This document shows, one piece after another, positions 39,054 to 50,097 of a stretch of DNA of 64,000 bases (position 1 is the first letter of the stretch; each line of letters opens with the position of its first letter). The stretch is from a virus. Under the pieces are notes generated by a model. That model was not told the DNA's origin. It did not search any database and saw nothing but the letters and a program-made list of their open reading frames with translations. A program made the position numbers and the translations under genes. The stretch lies in the IMG/VR virus record IMGVR_UViG_3300042306_000227, positions 1 to 64,000 of that record, one strand, 5' to 3'.

Positions 39054-42000
39054 ATGTCTAAAAGATTCTTAAGTGGAATAAATGTAACTGGTTCAGCTGC
39101 CCTTAATACGGTGGCTGATGCAGGTTCTAATACAGACAAGTTTCTCGTATTAGACTCAAGTAATGTGGTGTCATATAGAACTGCTGCTGAATTATATGCT
39201 GACTTAGGAATAGGTTCTTTACCTTCTGGATATACTTCTACTTTAAAACATGAAGTAAAGGCTGGACAGACAATAAGCAAAGGACAAGCTGTTTATGTAT
39301 CATCTTCGGATGGTACTAATATGATTATATCAAAAGCATCAAATGTGTCAGAAGCAACTTCTTCTAAGACAATGGGATTGCTTGAAACTAGCTTGTCTAC
39401 TAATGGTAAAGGAAATGTAATTACAGAAGGTTTACTTGCAGGATTGAATACAAATGGAGCTACTGCTGGAGACCCAGTATGGTTAGGGGTAGATGGAGCT
39501 TTAATCTTTGGATTAGCCAACAAGCCTTACGCTCCTGCTCACTTGGTATTTATAGGTATCGTAACTAGAGCTAACGCTAATAACGGAGAAATCTTTGTTA
39601 AAGTGCAGAATGGGTTTGAGCTTAAAGAAATTCATGATATTGATTTAATTACAACTACTCCTATTGATGGTCATATATTAGGATACAACGGAACATTATG
39701 GGTAAATAAAACAATCGCAGGATGGTTGGGATATACTCCAGCAAATGATGCTTCAGTAGTTAAACTATCTGGCGCACAGACAGTTGGTGGTTTAAAAACA
39801 TTCAGTGCAAGTATTATTGCAAATATTGGTGTTTTATTAAAAAATGGTGCTGTATCAGCTTTAAATGGTTATACAGCAATAGGTGGTTCTTCAAGTAATG
39901 GGATTGAAATTGTTTTTAGTCCAGGTGGTTCTACTCAAAGTTTGTTATTTCAAACTTCTGCTGCTTATTCTTATACATTCCCTACTGCTACAGGTACTAT
40001 AGCATTAACAAGTGATTTAAATTCTTATGTTCCTAATACAAGAACACTTACGATTAACGGAACCACTTACGATTTAAGTGCAAATAGGTCTTGGACTATA
40101 TCTGCAAATCAGAATGCAAGAACAGAATACGAGTTTACTACGAATGGCTCTACAGCTACATATACGGCTACTTATTCTGTAGGGCAGGTTGATGTCTTTT
40201 ATAATGGTTCTAAATTATCATCTGCAGAGTTTACAGCTACAAATGGAACTAGCGTTACTTTAGCATTTACTCCTCCAAGTGGACAGGTTGTTGAAGTAGT
40301 AGCTTGGGAGACTGGTGGAGGTATTTCTAATAGCAGAACACTTACAATAAATGGTACTGCTTATGATTTATCTGCTAATAGAAGCTGGACAATTGATAAT
40401 GCAAGTTTAGGAGCACAGCCTCAGCTAAATGGTACTGGTTTTGTAAAAGTATCAGGAACAACTGTTTCTTATGACAATAGTACATACTTAACAACAAGTT
40501 CTGCTCTTAGTACTTACATGCCTTTATCTGGTGGTATTTTTACAGGAACTACAAGGATGGATGGAAGCGGTGGAACTACTCCATCAATTACAATGATTTT
40601 TAATTCAGGCATTAATAGACTATTAGCGCCTCTTTTAAGATTGTATGGAGCAACAAATGAAACTTCAAACTATGTTGAATTGTTTGGCTCTCTTGCAACA
40701 CAAAATAGAACAATACAATTACCTGATGCGAGTGGGACAATTGCACTAACATCAAACCTATCATCTTACTTACCATTATCTGGTGGTACGCTTACTGGTG
40801 CATTGAGCGGAACAAGTGCTACATTTTCAAGTACTGTAACTGGCTCTAGATTCAATTCAGGAGGTGCAGGATATAGAATAACAGCGTTTGGCACATTAAG
40901 TCAAACGGTATCAGGCGAAATGACTATTTTAGGTCATAATGTTGTAGCTGACCAATCTGCTGCAAACACCGTAACTGTGTTGAATGGTGGGTGGTATTCA
41001 TCTATGATTAAAATGTATTACAATGAAGGTATAACTTTCCATACAAGCGAAACAGTATTTTCTGCAAATGCTATCTATCCTATGGCATCTACCGAAAGAA
41101 TAAGGATAACAAACGGTGGGACTTTAGGCATTGCAACTTCAAGCCCTATCGGTGGTGTATTCAAATTACAAGTAGGTGATGGTAGCGCTGATACAAGAGC
41201 AATTATTGTTTCAAATCAAGTTTATCAATTAGGATTTAGAAATGGTGCTGGAAGTCCAGTGTTTTATGAGGGCAGTGATACAAGTGGTAATAAAATATTC
41301 TCAAATAATGCTGGAAGCGAGTTAATGAGAATTACAACTAATGGCCATTTTTGTATTGGTACGATAAGCCCTGTTAGCTTAGGTGGAAGTTTAGGTCTTA
41401 CAATGGGTACTACAACTTCAGGTAGGAATATAGTTTTATATTCATCTAGTAATGGGAACAATGGATTAATTCAATTTATAGATTTAAATGGCAATGATGG
41501 TTTGCAAATAGGTTCTAGCACAGTTGATAGTTATTTTTATAGCTATCGTGATAAACCAATGGAATTTTTTACTAATGGAACTAAAAGAGTAACAATACAA
41601 GGTGATGGCCAAACAAGATTTCAAAGTTCAATTATTCTTACAAATGGACAAATAAACTCTTTAGGTACAGGAGGTGGCGGACAGCCTATGTATTTAAACT
41701 TTGCTGGTAACGGAGCAGTATATGCAGGTAGCTCTTACGCAGTATTGTATGCTGGTTCTGATAGAAGAATTAAATCAAATATTGAAAACGCTGAACCTAC
41801 TCTTAACAAAATATTAGGCTTAACGCCAAGAACTTTTAAGTATAAGGAAAGACCAGAGTTTACTAACTACGGATTCATTGCTCAAGAGCTAGAGGAGATT
41901 ATGCCTGAATTAGTTAAAACTTCTGAAGGTATTACAATTTGTAATGGGGAAGAAATAGTAAATCAAAAAAGTATTGAAAGTTATGGTTTAGCTTGGGCAT

Positions 42001-42083
42001 CAATTTTAGTAAAGGCGATGCAAGAACAACAAGACCTAATAACTGAACTAACAGAAAAAGTAAACGCATTAGAGAATAAATAA
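39054..42083 (+). CDS. tail fibre with peptidase S74 intramolecular chaperone
   Basis: LPLSGGTLTG, ERIRIT..G repeats, 'SDRRIKSNI...YGFIAQEL...PELV' and C-terminal coiled coil. Confidence 0.88.
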   Translation: MSKRFLSGINVTGSAALNTVADAGSNTDKFLVLDSSNVVSYRTAAELYADLGIGSLPSGYTSTLKHEVKAGQTISKGQAVYVSSSDGTNMIISKASNVSEATSSKTMGLLETSLSTNGKGNVITEGLLAGLNTNGATAGDPVWLGVDGALIFGLANKPYAPAHLVFIGIVTRANANNGEIFVKVQNGFELKEIHDIDLITTTPIDGHILGYNGTLWVNKTIAGWLGYTPANDASVVKLSGAQTVGGLKTFSASIIANIGVLLKNGAVSALNGYTAIGGSSSNGIEIVFSPGGSTQSLLFQTSAAYSYTFPTATGTIALTSDLNSYVPNTRTLTINGTTYDLSANRSWTISANQNARTEYEFTTNGSTATYTATYSVGQVDVFYNGSKLSSAEFTATNGTSVTLAFTPPSGQVVEVVAWETGGGISNSRTLTINGTAYDLSANRSWTIDNASLGAQPQLNGTGFVKVSGTTVSYDNSTYLTTSSALSTYMPLSGGIFTGTTRMDGSGGTTPSITMIFNSGINRLLAPLLRLYGATNETSNYVELFGSLATQNRTIQLPDASGTIALTSNLSSYLPLSGGTLTGALSGTSATFSSTVTGSRFNSGGAGYRITAFGTLSQTVSGEMTILGHNVVADQSAANTVTVLNGGWYSSMIKMYYNEGITFHTSETVFSANAIYPMASTERIRITNGGTLGIATSSPIGGVFKLQVGDGSADTRAIIVSNQVYQLGFRNGAGSPVFYEGSDTSGNKIFSNNAGSELMRITTNGHFCIGTISPVSLGGSLGLTMGTTTSGRNIVLYSSSNGNNGLIQFIDLNGNDGLQIGSSTVDSYFYSYRDKPMEFFTNGTKRVTIQGDGQTRFQSSIILTNGQINSLGTGGGGQPMYLNFAGNGAVYAGSSYAVLYAGSDRRIKSNIENAEPTLNKILGLTPRTFKYKERPEFTNYGFIAQELEEIMPELVKTSEGITICNGEEIVNQKSIESYGLAWASILVKAMQEQQDLITELTEKVNALENK

Positions 42084-42098
42084 TAATAACTTTGTATA

Positions 42099-44768
42099 AT
42101 GGGTAAGACAAAAGATTTAGGACACTTAGCACACATAGTAGTATACGATGCAGAAAACCATATAACAGTTCCTGCTGGAATTACTATGCATACAAATCAG
42201 CTAGTAGCATCCCAAGCATGGGTAACTACAGCTTTGGGTTCTTATGCATTGTCATCTGCTCTAGGTTCATATGTGCCTACATCTAGGACTATAACAATAA
42301 ATGGTACAACATTTGATTTAAGCGCTAATAGAAGCTGGGATATAACTTCAATGATATATCCTGCTGCTGGTATTGCTTTGTCTACAGGTACAGGATGGGG
42401 TACTTCTATAACCAATAACTCAGGTAACTGGAATACAGCTTTTGGATGGGGTAATCACGCTTCAGCGGGGTACTTGACAGGAATAACTTCTACTCAAGTA
42501 ACGACAGCTTTAGGGTTTACTCCTGTAACAAATGCTAGAACTATTACAATTAATGGGACGGCATATGATTTGAGTACAGACAGGAGTTGGACTGTAAGTG
42601 GAACAGATAGTACTAAACTCCCCTTAGCTGGTGGCACAATGACTGGAAGTATTGAAATGGCTACTTCTGGAACTAGTTATATTAGAATGGGTAGATTTCC
42701 TAATTCAACATCAAATGGCGGTGAGGCTTGGATAGGTAGAGCTTCTGACAGAAGTGCTGGTACTATGACTGTTCAATTAGGTTCTGCAAATAGTTCATTT
42801 TTTGAAGTAGTTGATTATGGTTGGACTACAGTTACTTTAAAAGTAGGAATGAATGATTTTTCTTATAAGGGGAATGCTGTAATTCACGCTGGTAATATTG
42901 GTTCTCAATCAGTATCAACTGCAAGTGCTGCATCTAGTGCAACCTTTTTAACACAAGCTAATGCTACATGGGGAGCTAGACTACAAATAGGGGGTAATGG
43001 TGACCCAGGAGCTATTGCTAATATAGCTGTTGTTCAAGCTACAGATGGTAATTTACACATGGATAGCGGTACTGGCAAATCCATGTATTTAAATTATTAT
43101 CGTAATGGAGTAATATATTTAAATGGAGCTACTTATTATATTAGTTCTAATGGAGCTAATTATAATGGAACAGCTGCGAATGCAGGTAATGCTGATACAC
43201 TGGATGGATATCATGGTTCAAATTATCCTGGTAAAAATGGCAATACTTATTATCAAGTAGAAACATGGCTTCAATTAACAGGAGTTCATGGATTATACTG
43301 CCCTTCTGTAAATAATGCTCACTTATACCCAAATGATGCTTCTTATGGAGCTTGGAGAATATCAGGAACTAGAAATGGATGGAATGGTATTCATTTTGGA
43401 GGTGGTAATGGCATGACTCTAATGATGAATGAAACAGAGTTTGGATTTCATAGAGAAGGTATTGGATGGTCAGCTAGATTTACAAGCGGTACTGGTCATT
43501 TTAATATATCAGGTAGTGCAGCAAGTGCTAGTAGCGCTAGCTCAGCTACTTCTGCGGAATATTTCCCAACAGCATATGTTGGAGGTCAGCAAACTAATCC
43601 TCAAGTTTATTTTAATAATGGAATTGGCTTAAAGGCTGCAATGACAGGTGCTTGGTCTGTATGGTCTGATACATTATGGGTTAATGGATATTCTGGTGGT
43701 GATGTCCCTTGGATGTGCGCACTTCACTTTTTAAGAAATAGTGAACCAAGATTTGCTATTAGTGCGCAACAAAGGCAAAGTACAAGTTATGGCTCTTTTT
43801 ATGAAGTAATTACATCTTATAATATTGCATCTCAAACAGTTGCTAATTTATCAGGATTTAATAAGAGTGAACCAACATTTGCAAATGTGTATAATACTGG
43901 ATGGTTTAGAAACTATGCGGATAGTGGATTATATAACCAAGACTATGGATGTCATTTGGTTAGAAACGGTCAATCATCTCATGGTGCTTGGTCTATTTTT
44001 GGATATACTAAAGCTGGGTATATTGGTATGAACTTAAGAGACCCTCAGACTTACAATAATAACCTGATGTACGAGAATGGCAACGGAGGCATGTATACAG
44101 AAAATGCAAACGGTTGGCAATGGTATTATAACAGAGGTTCAAACTGTTTAGGTCTTGGAGGCTCTACTACATACAACTGGGTTAGAGCTGTTGTAAATGG
44201 TAAACTTAAAATTGAATCTGATTCTATCCATACAGGATGGGCATATTTTGATAGCAATCTTCAACTTGCTGGTGGTGGTAATATTCTTTACAACGAATAT
44301 AATCTTTGGTATGTATGGAGAAACTGGGGGGGATGGGGTGGAGAATGGATTAATCGTAATGGTGGTGATATGATTATGAACCTATATGCTGTTTATGCAG
44401 TGACAGGTAGCGTATCGGATATTAGGTACAAAAAAGATATTACACCTTTATCGTATGGATTGAATGAAATCATGCAAATGAATCCGATTAAGTATCATTA
44501 CAACTTACCTAAAGAATCAATGTTAGCTAACGACCCTGATTACTTCTTAGGATTTTCTGCACAAGAAATGCAAAATATTATTCCAGAAGCTGTTCACGAA
44601 AAGATGGGAGATTCATCAGAGACTATGACTGGCATGCTTGCAATCACTATGGATGAGATAATACCTGTATTAGTGAATGGCATAAAAGAGCAACAAGTAA
44701 TGATACGCAACCAAAATAATAAAATCAATAAACTAGAAGCACTAGTAAACCAACTATTAAATAATTAA
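42099..44768 (+). CDS. tail fibre with peptidase S74 chaperone
   Basis: 'NADTLDGYH', 'SDIRYKKDI...GFSAQEM...PEAV'. Confidence 0.88.
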   Translation: MGKTKDLGHLAHIVVYDAENHITVPAGITMHTNQLVASQAWVTTALGSYALSSALGSYVPTSRTITINGTTFDLSANRSWDITSMIYPAAGIALSTGTGWGTSITNNSGNWNTAFGWGNHASAGYLTGITSTQVTTALGFTPVTNARTITINGTAYDLSTDRSWTVSGTDSTKLPLAGGTMTGSIEMATSGTSYIRMGRFPNSTSNGGEAWIGRASDRSAGTMTVQLGSANSSFFEVVDYGWTTVTLKVGMNDFSYKGNAVIHAGNIGSQSVSTASAASSATFLTQANATWGARLQIGGNGDPGAIANIAVVQATDGNLHMDSGTGKSMYLNYYRNGVIYLNGATYYISSNGANYNGTAANAGNADTLDGYHGSNYPGKNGNTYYQVETWLQLTGVHGLYCPSVNNAHLYPNDASYGAWRISGTRNGWNGIHFGGGNGMTLMMNETEFGFHREGIGWSARFTSGTGHFNISGSAASASSASSATSAEYFPTAYVGGQQTNPQVYFNNGIGLKAAMTGAWSVWSDTLWVNGYSGGDVPWMCALHFLRNSEPRFAISAQQRQSTSYGSFYEVITSYNIASQTVANLSGFNKSEPTFANVYNTGWFRNYADSGLYNQDYGCHLVRNGQSSHGAWSIFGYTKAGYIGMNLRDPQTYNNNLMYENGNGGMYTENANGWQWYYNRGSNCLGLGGSTTYNWVRAVVNGKLKIESDSIHTGWAYFDSNLQLAGGGNILYNEYNLWYVWRNWGGWGGEWINRNGGDMIMNLYAVYAVTGSVSDIRYKKDITPLSYGLNEIMQMNPIKYHYNLPKESMLANDPDYFLGFSAQEMQNIIPEAVHEKMGDSSETMTGMLAITMDEIIPVLVNGIKEQQVMIRNQNNKINKLEALVNQLLNN

Positions 44769-44770
44769 TT

Positions 44771-45244
44771 ATGGCATACAAAATAAACAAAGAAATAGTA
44801 ACATCTAAGGGTGTTACATCTGAGGCTTACGTAAGAATATCTAAGTATGAAATTGATAAAGCTGGTGATGCTAGCTTTAAGATTGAAGTATTTTTAAATC
44901 AAGAATCTTCTACAACAGTAGATGGTGGATTGTTTAATCCTGCTTCTGCAACAATTGCAGATATAGGCCCTTATGTTGTAGTACCTCTTAAAAAAACTAT
45001 ACAAGTAGCTGTGCCAAATAAAAGAACAGAAGTGGTAGATGTCCCAGAAGAACTAGACGAGGAGGGTAATGTAATTAAGATGGCTACAAAACAATACGTT
45101 GAATTTGAAGGGGAAGATTTGGTTGATAGAACTGTACCTGATTTAACTCCTGTAGAAAATGGAACTGTTTTTGAGTTTGGTTATGCTAAATTAAGAGATG
45201 TATTAGTATCTTTGTACGGAGAGGAAAATATTGAAATTGTATAA
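44771..45244 (+). CDS. fibre-associated protein, paralogue A
   Basis: KGVTSEAYVRI...FEFGYAKL, shared with the next ORF. Confidence 0.7.
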   Translation: MAYKINKEIVTSKGVTSEAYVRISKYEIDKAGDASFKIEVFLNQESSTTVDGGLFNPASATIADIGPYVVVPLKKTIQVAVPNKRTEVVDVPEELDEEGNVIKMATKQYVEFEGEDLVDRTVPDLTPVENGTVFEFGYAKLRDVLVSLYGEENIEIV

Positions 45245-45262
45245 TATTTAAATAAACAAATA

Positions 45263-45748
45263 ATGGCATTAAAAATCACAACACAGATTGGTACAGACAA
45301 AGGTATCACATCTGAGGCTTACGTAAGAATCGCAGACTATCAAGTATCTAAGTACGGTAGTGCTAGCTTTAGAATTGAATTATTCCAAACTCAGGCTGAC
45401 TCAGTAGTTACTAATGGTATGATGTATCCGACCCCTTCTACTGGCGGCCAGGCTCGTAACCAACAAGTAGGTGATAACCTATGGGTTGCTATGACTAAAG
45501 AAGTAGAAGCTACAAGAACAGTACAAAGAAATGTAGAAGTAGTAACAGACGCTGTTTTAGATTCAGAGGGAGAGGTTATAACTCCTGCAAGTTCTACTTG
45601 GGAAATGCAAGATGTGGAAGAAACATACACAGCTACAGTTCCTGACTTGACTCCTTTAGAAGACGAGACTATCTTTGAATTCGGCTATGCTAAGCTTAAA
45701 GATAAATTAGTAGGATTATTTGGAGCTGAGAACGTAGTAGATTGTTAG
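45263..45748 (+). CDS. fibre-associated protein, paralogue B
   Basis: KGITSEAYVRI...FEFGYAKL. Confidence 0.7.
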   Translation: MALKITTQIGTDKGITSEAYVRIADYQVSKYGSASFRIELFQTQADSVVTNGMMYPTPSTGGQARNQQVGDNLWVAMTKEVEATRTVQRNVEVVTDAVLDSEGEVITPASSTWEMQDVEETYTATVPDLTPLEDETIFEFGYAKLKDKLVGLFGAENVVDC

Positions 45749-45771
45749 TATCTTTGCTTAAATAGTAAGCA

Positions 45772-48486
45772 ATGAGTTTAAAAGCAATAGATACTGGTTT
45801 TCTCAGGAATTTAGTTTCATACGATAATATAGGTAACATTTCGTTACCTGCTAGTTTGTCTATTTTTGTCAATAAAGAAGTAGCTACAAAAGAATACGTA
45901 GACGCTCAGAATAGTGGTCAGGTTCTACAATCTAGAACTTTGACTATTAATGGGGTTACTTACGACCTTTCAGCAAATAGAAGTTGGACTATAGATTCTA
46001 TGGTATATCCGTCAGCAGGTATCGCTTTATCAAGTGGTACTGGCTGGGGAGCTTCTATTACAAATAATTCAGCAAATTGGAATACTGCGTTTGGATGGGG
46101 TAATCATGCTTTAGCTGGATACCTTACATCATTTACAGAGACAGACCCCACAGTCCCATCTCATGTAAAGGCTATTACTACAACTAAGATAAGCGATTGG
46201 GATGCTGCATTTGGATGGGGGAACCATGCATCTGCAGGTTATGAAATTGCGTCTAACAAATCAAATAATGCTGCTTTAGGAAACTCTAGTACGTTATATC
46301 CAACGCAAGCAGCAGTAAAATCTTATGTTGATTCTGCTGTGACTGGTGGAGTAAACATACAAGGTGATTGGAATGCAAATACCAATACTCCTAATATATC
46401 AGGCACTACTACTACTGGATTTACATGGAGGGTTTCCGTAGCTGGTTCAACTAATTTAGGTGGAATTACTACTTGGAATGTTAATGACTTAGCTGTTAAA
46501 ACAGCAGCTGGTTGGATTAAAATTGATAATAGTTCATCTGTTATTTCTGTATATGGTAGACAAGGTGTTGTTGTAGCTAATGCTGGGGATTATAATACAT
46601 CTCAAGTTACCGAAGCTGTTGGTAGTTTATACTTTACTACAGCTAGAGCTAGAGCGTCATTTAGCGCAGGCACAAATGTATCAATAGATGCAAATGGTGT
46701 AATTAGCTCAGTAAATACAACTTATAATAATTTTACCAGAACGGTTGCAGGCTTAGTGCCAAACCCAGGAGGCTCTTCAACTACTCGTTATTTAAGAGAG
46801 GATGGTACATGGGTAATACCACCTGATACAATTGTAACATCATTAGCATGGACTAGCATTACTAGTAGACCAACTAAATTATCTGACTTTACAAATGACT
46901 TAGGAAACTATGGTTCATTTTTAACAGCATACACTGACACATTAGCTACTGTTACAAATAGAGGAAATTCTACAGCACAAAATATAGTTTTTAGTAATGG
47001 AAGGAAGGGGCTTGTAGGTGTTTATGATGCTGCACAGACTCAAGCAATATTTGCTATGGGTGCTGCTTATGTTTTAGCAGATGGAGGTGCTTCAAATAAT
47101 ATAGGAAATCTTTACGGACTAGCTTGGTCATATAATCCAGACTACGGAGGCGCAGGTAATAATCCGCAATCAAAAGCAGGGTTAAATCATCAGTTATTGT
47201 TGATGCAAGCAGGTGTTACTACCGCAGCAATAGGTTCTGGTATATGGACAAGTGGAAATATATCTGCAGCTAATTTTAGTGGTTCACATAGTGGTACTTC
47301 TTCAGGAACAAATACAGGAGACCAAGTAAATATTAGTGGTAATGCTGCGACAGCGACGTCAGCTACATCAGCTACAATATCAACTTTTTTGTCATCTCCT
47401 GATGGAGATAGATTAGCAGGCAGTAAATTACCTAATGGTACTGTAAGAGCAATTAGGTTTGATTTTGCAAATGCAAACTCTATTACAGGTGCAACAGGAA
47501 ATTATGCAGGTGTAATGACTTATTCTCCTTGGGATGGTACTGTAGCTTCTACTGGAGACTCTTCATATCAATTAGCATTTATTAATGAAACAGGTGTTAA
47601 CGCAAGTGGAGCCCCTGGCCTTAGATTTAGAAATGGTATTGACTCAACTTGGAATGGTTGGACATCAATAATAACATCTTCTAATATAGGTTCTTATACA
47701 GCAGGTGGTGTTGCTTGGGGTAATGTGTCTGGAAGACCAACGGCATTAAGTCAATTTACAAATGATTTAGGGAACTATGGAGGCTGGGTTGTTAGAAGTG
47801 GCGACAGCATGAGTGGTAGACTTACTATTAATAGTGGGGGGAATAATTTGCCATTGCATGTTCTTTCTGTAGAACCTTATATACAACTTCAGGCAACAGG
47901 AGAAACGAATTCTACATCTTTTAGAATGTATCCTACAGGTGGTTTTAATGCTTCAATAGGTAATTACGCTACAGGGGAATTGTGCCTTGTTGCCGCAAAC
48001 AGCGAGGCTGTCTTTATTAACAGCAATAGCATACGTGTAAATAAATATAGATTTAATGGGAATGGCACATTATCTGGTAATGGATTAGTTGAAATTGTTG
48101 ATATGGCTAATGTTGGAATGGCAACACAAGCAAATTCATATAGATGGTATAGTGCTAATGCTGCTAATATATTAATGTCATTAAATACATCAGGACATCT
48201 TACTGCTAACGCATTCTTTGAAGCATCAGATATTAGATACAAAAATGTAACCGAGACTAATCCAGATATTAGTGGGCTTGGTATTGATGTGATTAAATTT
48301 ACTAGACACGGAAGTGATATAGTAAGATATGGTTATTCTGCACAGCAAGTGCAATCAGTTATACCAGATGCTGTAGAAGGTAAAGATGTACTAACTGTAA
48401 ACTATATGGATGTTCATACTTTAAAGATTGCATCTTTAGAAAGAAGAGTTAAAGAATTAGAAGAAAGACTAAAAAGCACATTATAA
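45772..48486 (+). CDS. tail fibre with peptidase S74 chaperone
   Basis: ETDPTVP, 'SDIRYKNV...YGYSAQQVQSVIPDAV'. Confidence 0.85.
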   Translation: MSLKAIDTGFLRNLVSYDNIGNISLPASLSIFVNKEVATKEYVDAQNSGQVLQSRTLTINGVTYDLSANRSWTIDSMVYPSAGIALSSGTGWGASITNNSANWNTAFGWGNHALAGYLTSFTETDPTVPSHVKAITTTKISDWDAAFGWGNHASAGYEIASNKSNNAALGNSSTLYPTQAAVKSYVDSAVTGGVNIQGDWNANTNTPNISGTTTTGFTWRVSVAGSTNLGGITTWNVNDLAVKTAAGWIKIDNSSSVISVYGRQGVVVANAGDYNTSQVTEAVGSLYFTTARARASFSAGTNVSIDANGVISSVNTTYNNFTRTVAGLVPNPGGSSTTRYLREDGTWVIPPDTIVTSLAWTSITSRPTKLSDFTNDLGNYGSFLTAYTDTLATVTNRGNSTAQNIVFSNGRKGLVGVYDAAQTQAIFAMGAAYVLADGGASNNIGNLYGLAWSYNPDYGGAGNNPQSKAGLNHQLLLMQAGVTTAAIGSGIWTSGNISAANFSGSHSGTSSGTNTGDQVNISGNAATATSATSATISTFLSSPDGDRLAGSKLPNGTVRAIRFDFANANSITGATGNYAGVMTYSPWDGTVASTGDSSYQLAFINETGVNASGAPGLRFRNGIDSTWNGWTSIITSSNIGSYTAGGVAWGNVSGRPTALSQFTNDLGNYGGWVVRSGDSMSGRLTINSGGNNLPLHVLSVEPYIQLQATGETNSTSFRMYPTGGFNASIGNYATGELCLVAANSEAVFINSNSIRVNKYRFNGNGTLSGNGLVEIVDMANVGMATQANSYRWYSANAANILMSLNTSGHLTANAFFEASDIRYKNVTETNPDISGLGIDVIKFTRHGSDIVRYGYSAQQVQSVIPDAVEGKDVLTVNYMDVHTLKIASLERRVKELEERLKSTL

Positions 48487-49391
48487 TGGGTACAGCAGCT
48501 ACAATGAGAGGATTAAATGCTTTGGGTTTACAAAGAAAATCTTCAACAATACCAGCAAGCACTAATAAATTAGTCACAAAAGAAGAGTTGAATACATATT
48601 ATTATGTAGACAATGAAAGTGCAGGGATAAGTTCGTACCCAAATAATAGAATTATAACATATGAAAATATAAGAGATGGTATATTCTCTAAACCAAGACC
48701 TCAGTATTATCAATATGATGTAACAAGAAGTAGTATCCCTGGGGCAACTGGTGCATATTTTAATTATATAGGAACAGATGGAGGAACATATACTGTTCTT
48801 CAAAATTCCTATGGATATGTAGGAAGGTTTTGTATGCAAGAAAATACATACACAAATAACCAATTTCAAGTTTATTCTATATCTCAAGTTGGACTTTGTT
48901 ATCCAACTCCAAATGCATCATATCCGCAACCATATATTTCTGATGGGTATTTGTTTTTTAATAACTTAGGTTCATACCAAGTTGAAGACATTAAAATTCA
49001 TCAAATAGTAGACGTTAAAAGGCTTTCTGATGAAACAAGAGATAATGTTATTATTGGAGAGGCTATTGTTGGTACAGGAACAGGACTTTATTTAGTAGCA
49101 GATGCAGATAGTGAAGAGGAAGTTGACCGTGGTATTTGGGATTTTATAATAACTTTTTTAGTAATAGCTGCTACGTGGTTTATTGGTGGTACAAAAAAAT
49201 CTACATCTCAATTAAGATATGAAAGTCAAGGTGTTTATATAAACGGCTCTCTTTCAATGGCTAGTATTAAAAACGCAACAGGCTCAAACCAGTTTTATGT
49301 ATCTTTTAAAGTAAACAGTGGTTTTGGAGTTTATGTAGCAATATTTGGATATGAAACAAATCAATTAAATCCTCCTGTAGTATTATTTTAA
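48486..49391 (+). CDS. hypothetical virion-associated protein
   Basis: 301 aa, coupled to the fibre gene; one hydrophobic segment. Confidence 0.6.
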   Translation: MGTAATMRGLNALGLQRKSSTIPASTNKLVTKEELNTYYYVDNESAGISSYPNNRIITYENIRDGIFSKPRPQYYQYDVTRSSIPGATGAYFNYIGTDGGTYTVLQNSYGYVGRFCMQENTYTNNQFQVYSISQVGLCYPTPNASYPQPYISDGYLFFNNLGSYQVEDIKIHQIVDVKRLSDETRDNVIIGEAIVGTGTGLYLVADADSEEEVDRGIWDFIITFLVIAATWFIGGTKKSTSQLRYESQGVYINGSLSMASIKNATGSNQFYVSFKVNSGFGVYVAIFGYETNQLNPPVVLF

Positions 49392-49392
49392 T

Positions 49393-49557
49393 ATGAAAGA
49401 TATAGTAGAATTAGCTCAAGAAAGGCTTGAAATATGTTTAAAATGTGAGCATAATATTGACACATCTCATGGGATGATTTGCGAAAAATGCGGTTGTCCA
49501 ATCATGAAAATTATATATAGCCTAGATGGGCATGGGTGTAATGAAAAAAAGTGGTAA
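49393..49557 (+). CDS. small Cys-rich protein (DUF6171-like)
   Basis: Not in the track: ...ERLEICLKC...ICEKCGC...GCNEKKW. Confidence 0.7.
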   Translation: MKDIVELAQERLEICLKCEHNIDTSHGMICEKCGCPIMKIIYSLDGHGCNEKKW

Positions 49558-49611
49558 AAATTTGGTACAATCTTTGTAGTACTATAACTTTGTAAACAAA
49601 TATATATTTCT

Positions 49612-50070
49612 ATGAAACTAACGTTAGGTCAAATTGTAACACTATTTGAAGAATTAAATGGCCGTCTACTTAACAGAGAGACTGGCGAAAGAAGCAAAGG
49701 TGTGTTATCTCACAAGCTAAGCATCAGAGCTAAGTACTTGTTAAACACTGAGTTAAACAAGGCTGTAGCTGAAGAAGTTAAGTCTTATGAAGAAGCACGT
49801 CTTGAAATCTTTAAAGAATTAGGTAATCAAGAAGGTGAATCTTATGTAGTGGCTCCTGAAAATCAGGAAGAACTTATTAAGAGAATCCAAGAATTGGAGT
49901 CTATTGAAAAAACAATAGCTGTACCTAAATTAAAGGTTGAGGAGTTATTTAGCATTGAAACTGATGACTATTTCCCAATCTTACTTGAGGTATTATTAGG
50001 CAAGAAGGAAGAAGCTAAGGCTGAACCTACTGCAGCAGTTGAAGAAGCAACTGTTGTCCCTATGAACTAG
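49612..50070 (+). CDS. helical hypothetical protein (post-tail)
   Basis: 152 aa; promoter TTTG-N20-TAACTTTG at 49561-49592. Confidence 0.7.
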   Translation: MKLTLGQIVTLFEELNGRLLNRETGERSKGVLSHKLSIRAKYLLNTELNKAVAEEVKSYEEARLEIFKELGNQEGESYVVAPENQEELIKRIQELESIEKTIAVPKLKVEELFSIETDDYFPILLEVLLGKKEEAKAEPTAAVEEATVVPMN

Positions 50071-50097
50071 TACGACTGACATACATATGGTTATTTC

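Noticed and set aside
39054-48486. Diversity-generating retroelement or invertible fibre cassette
   Set aside because: No reverse transcriptase or invertase, and the repeats differ at synonymous positions rather than only at adenines.
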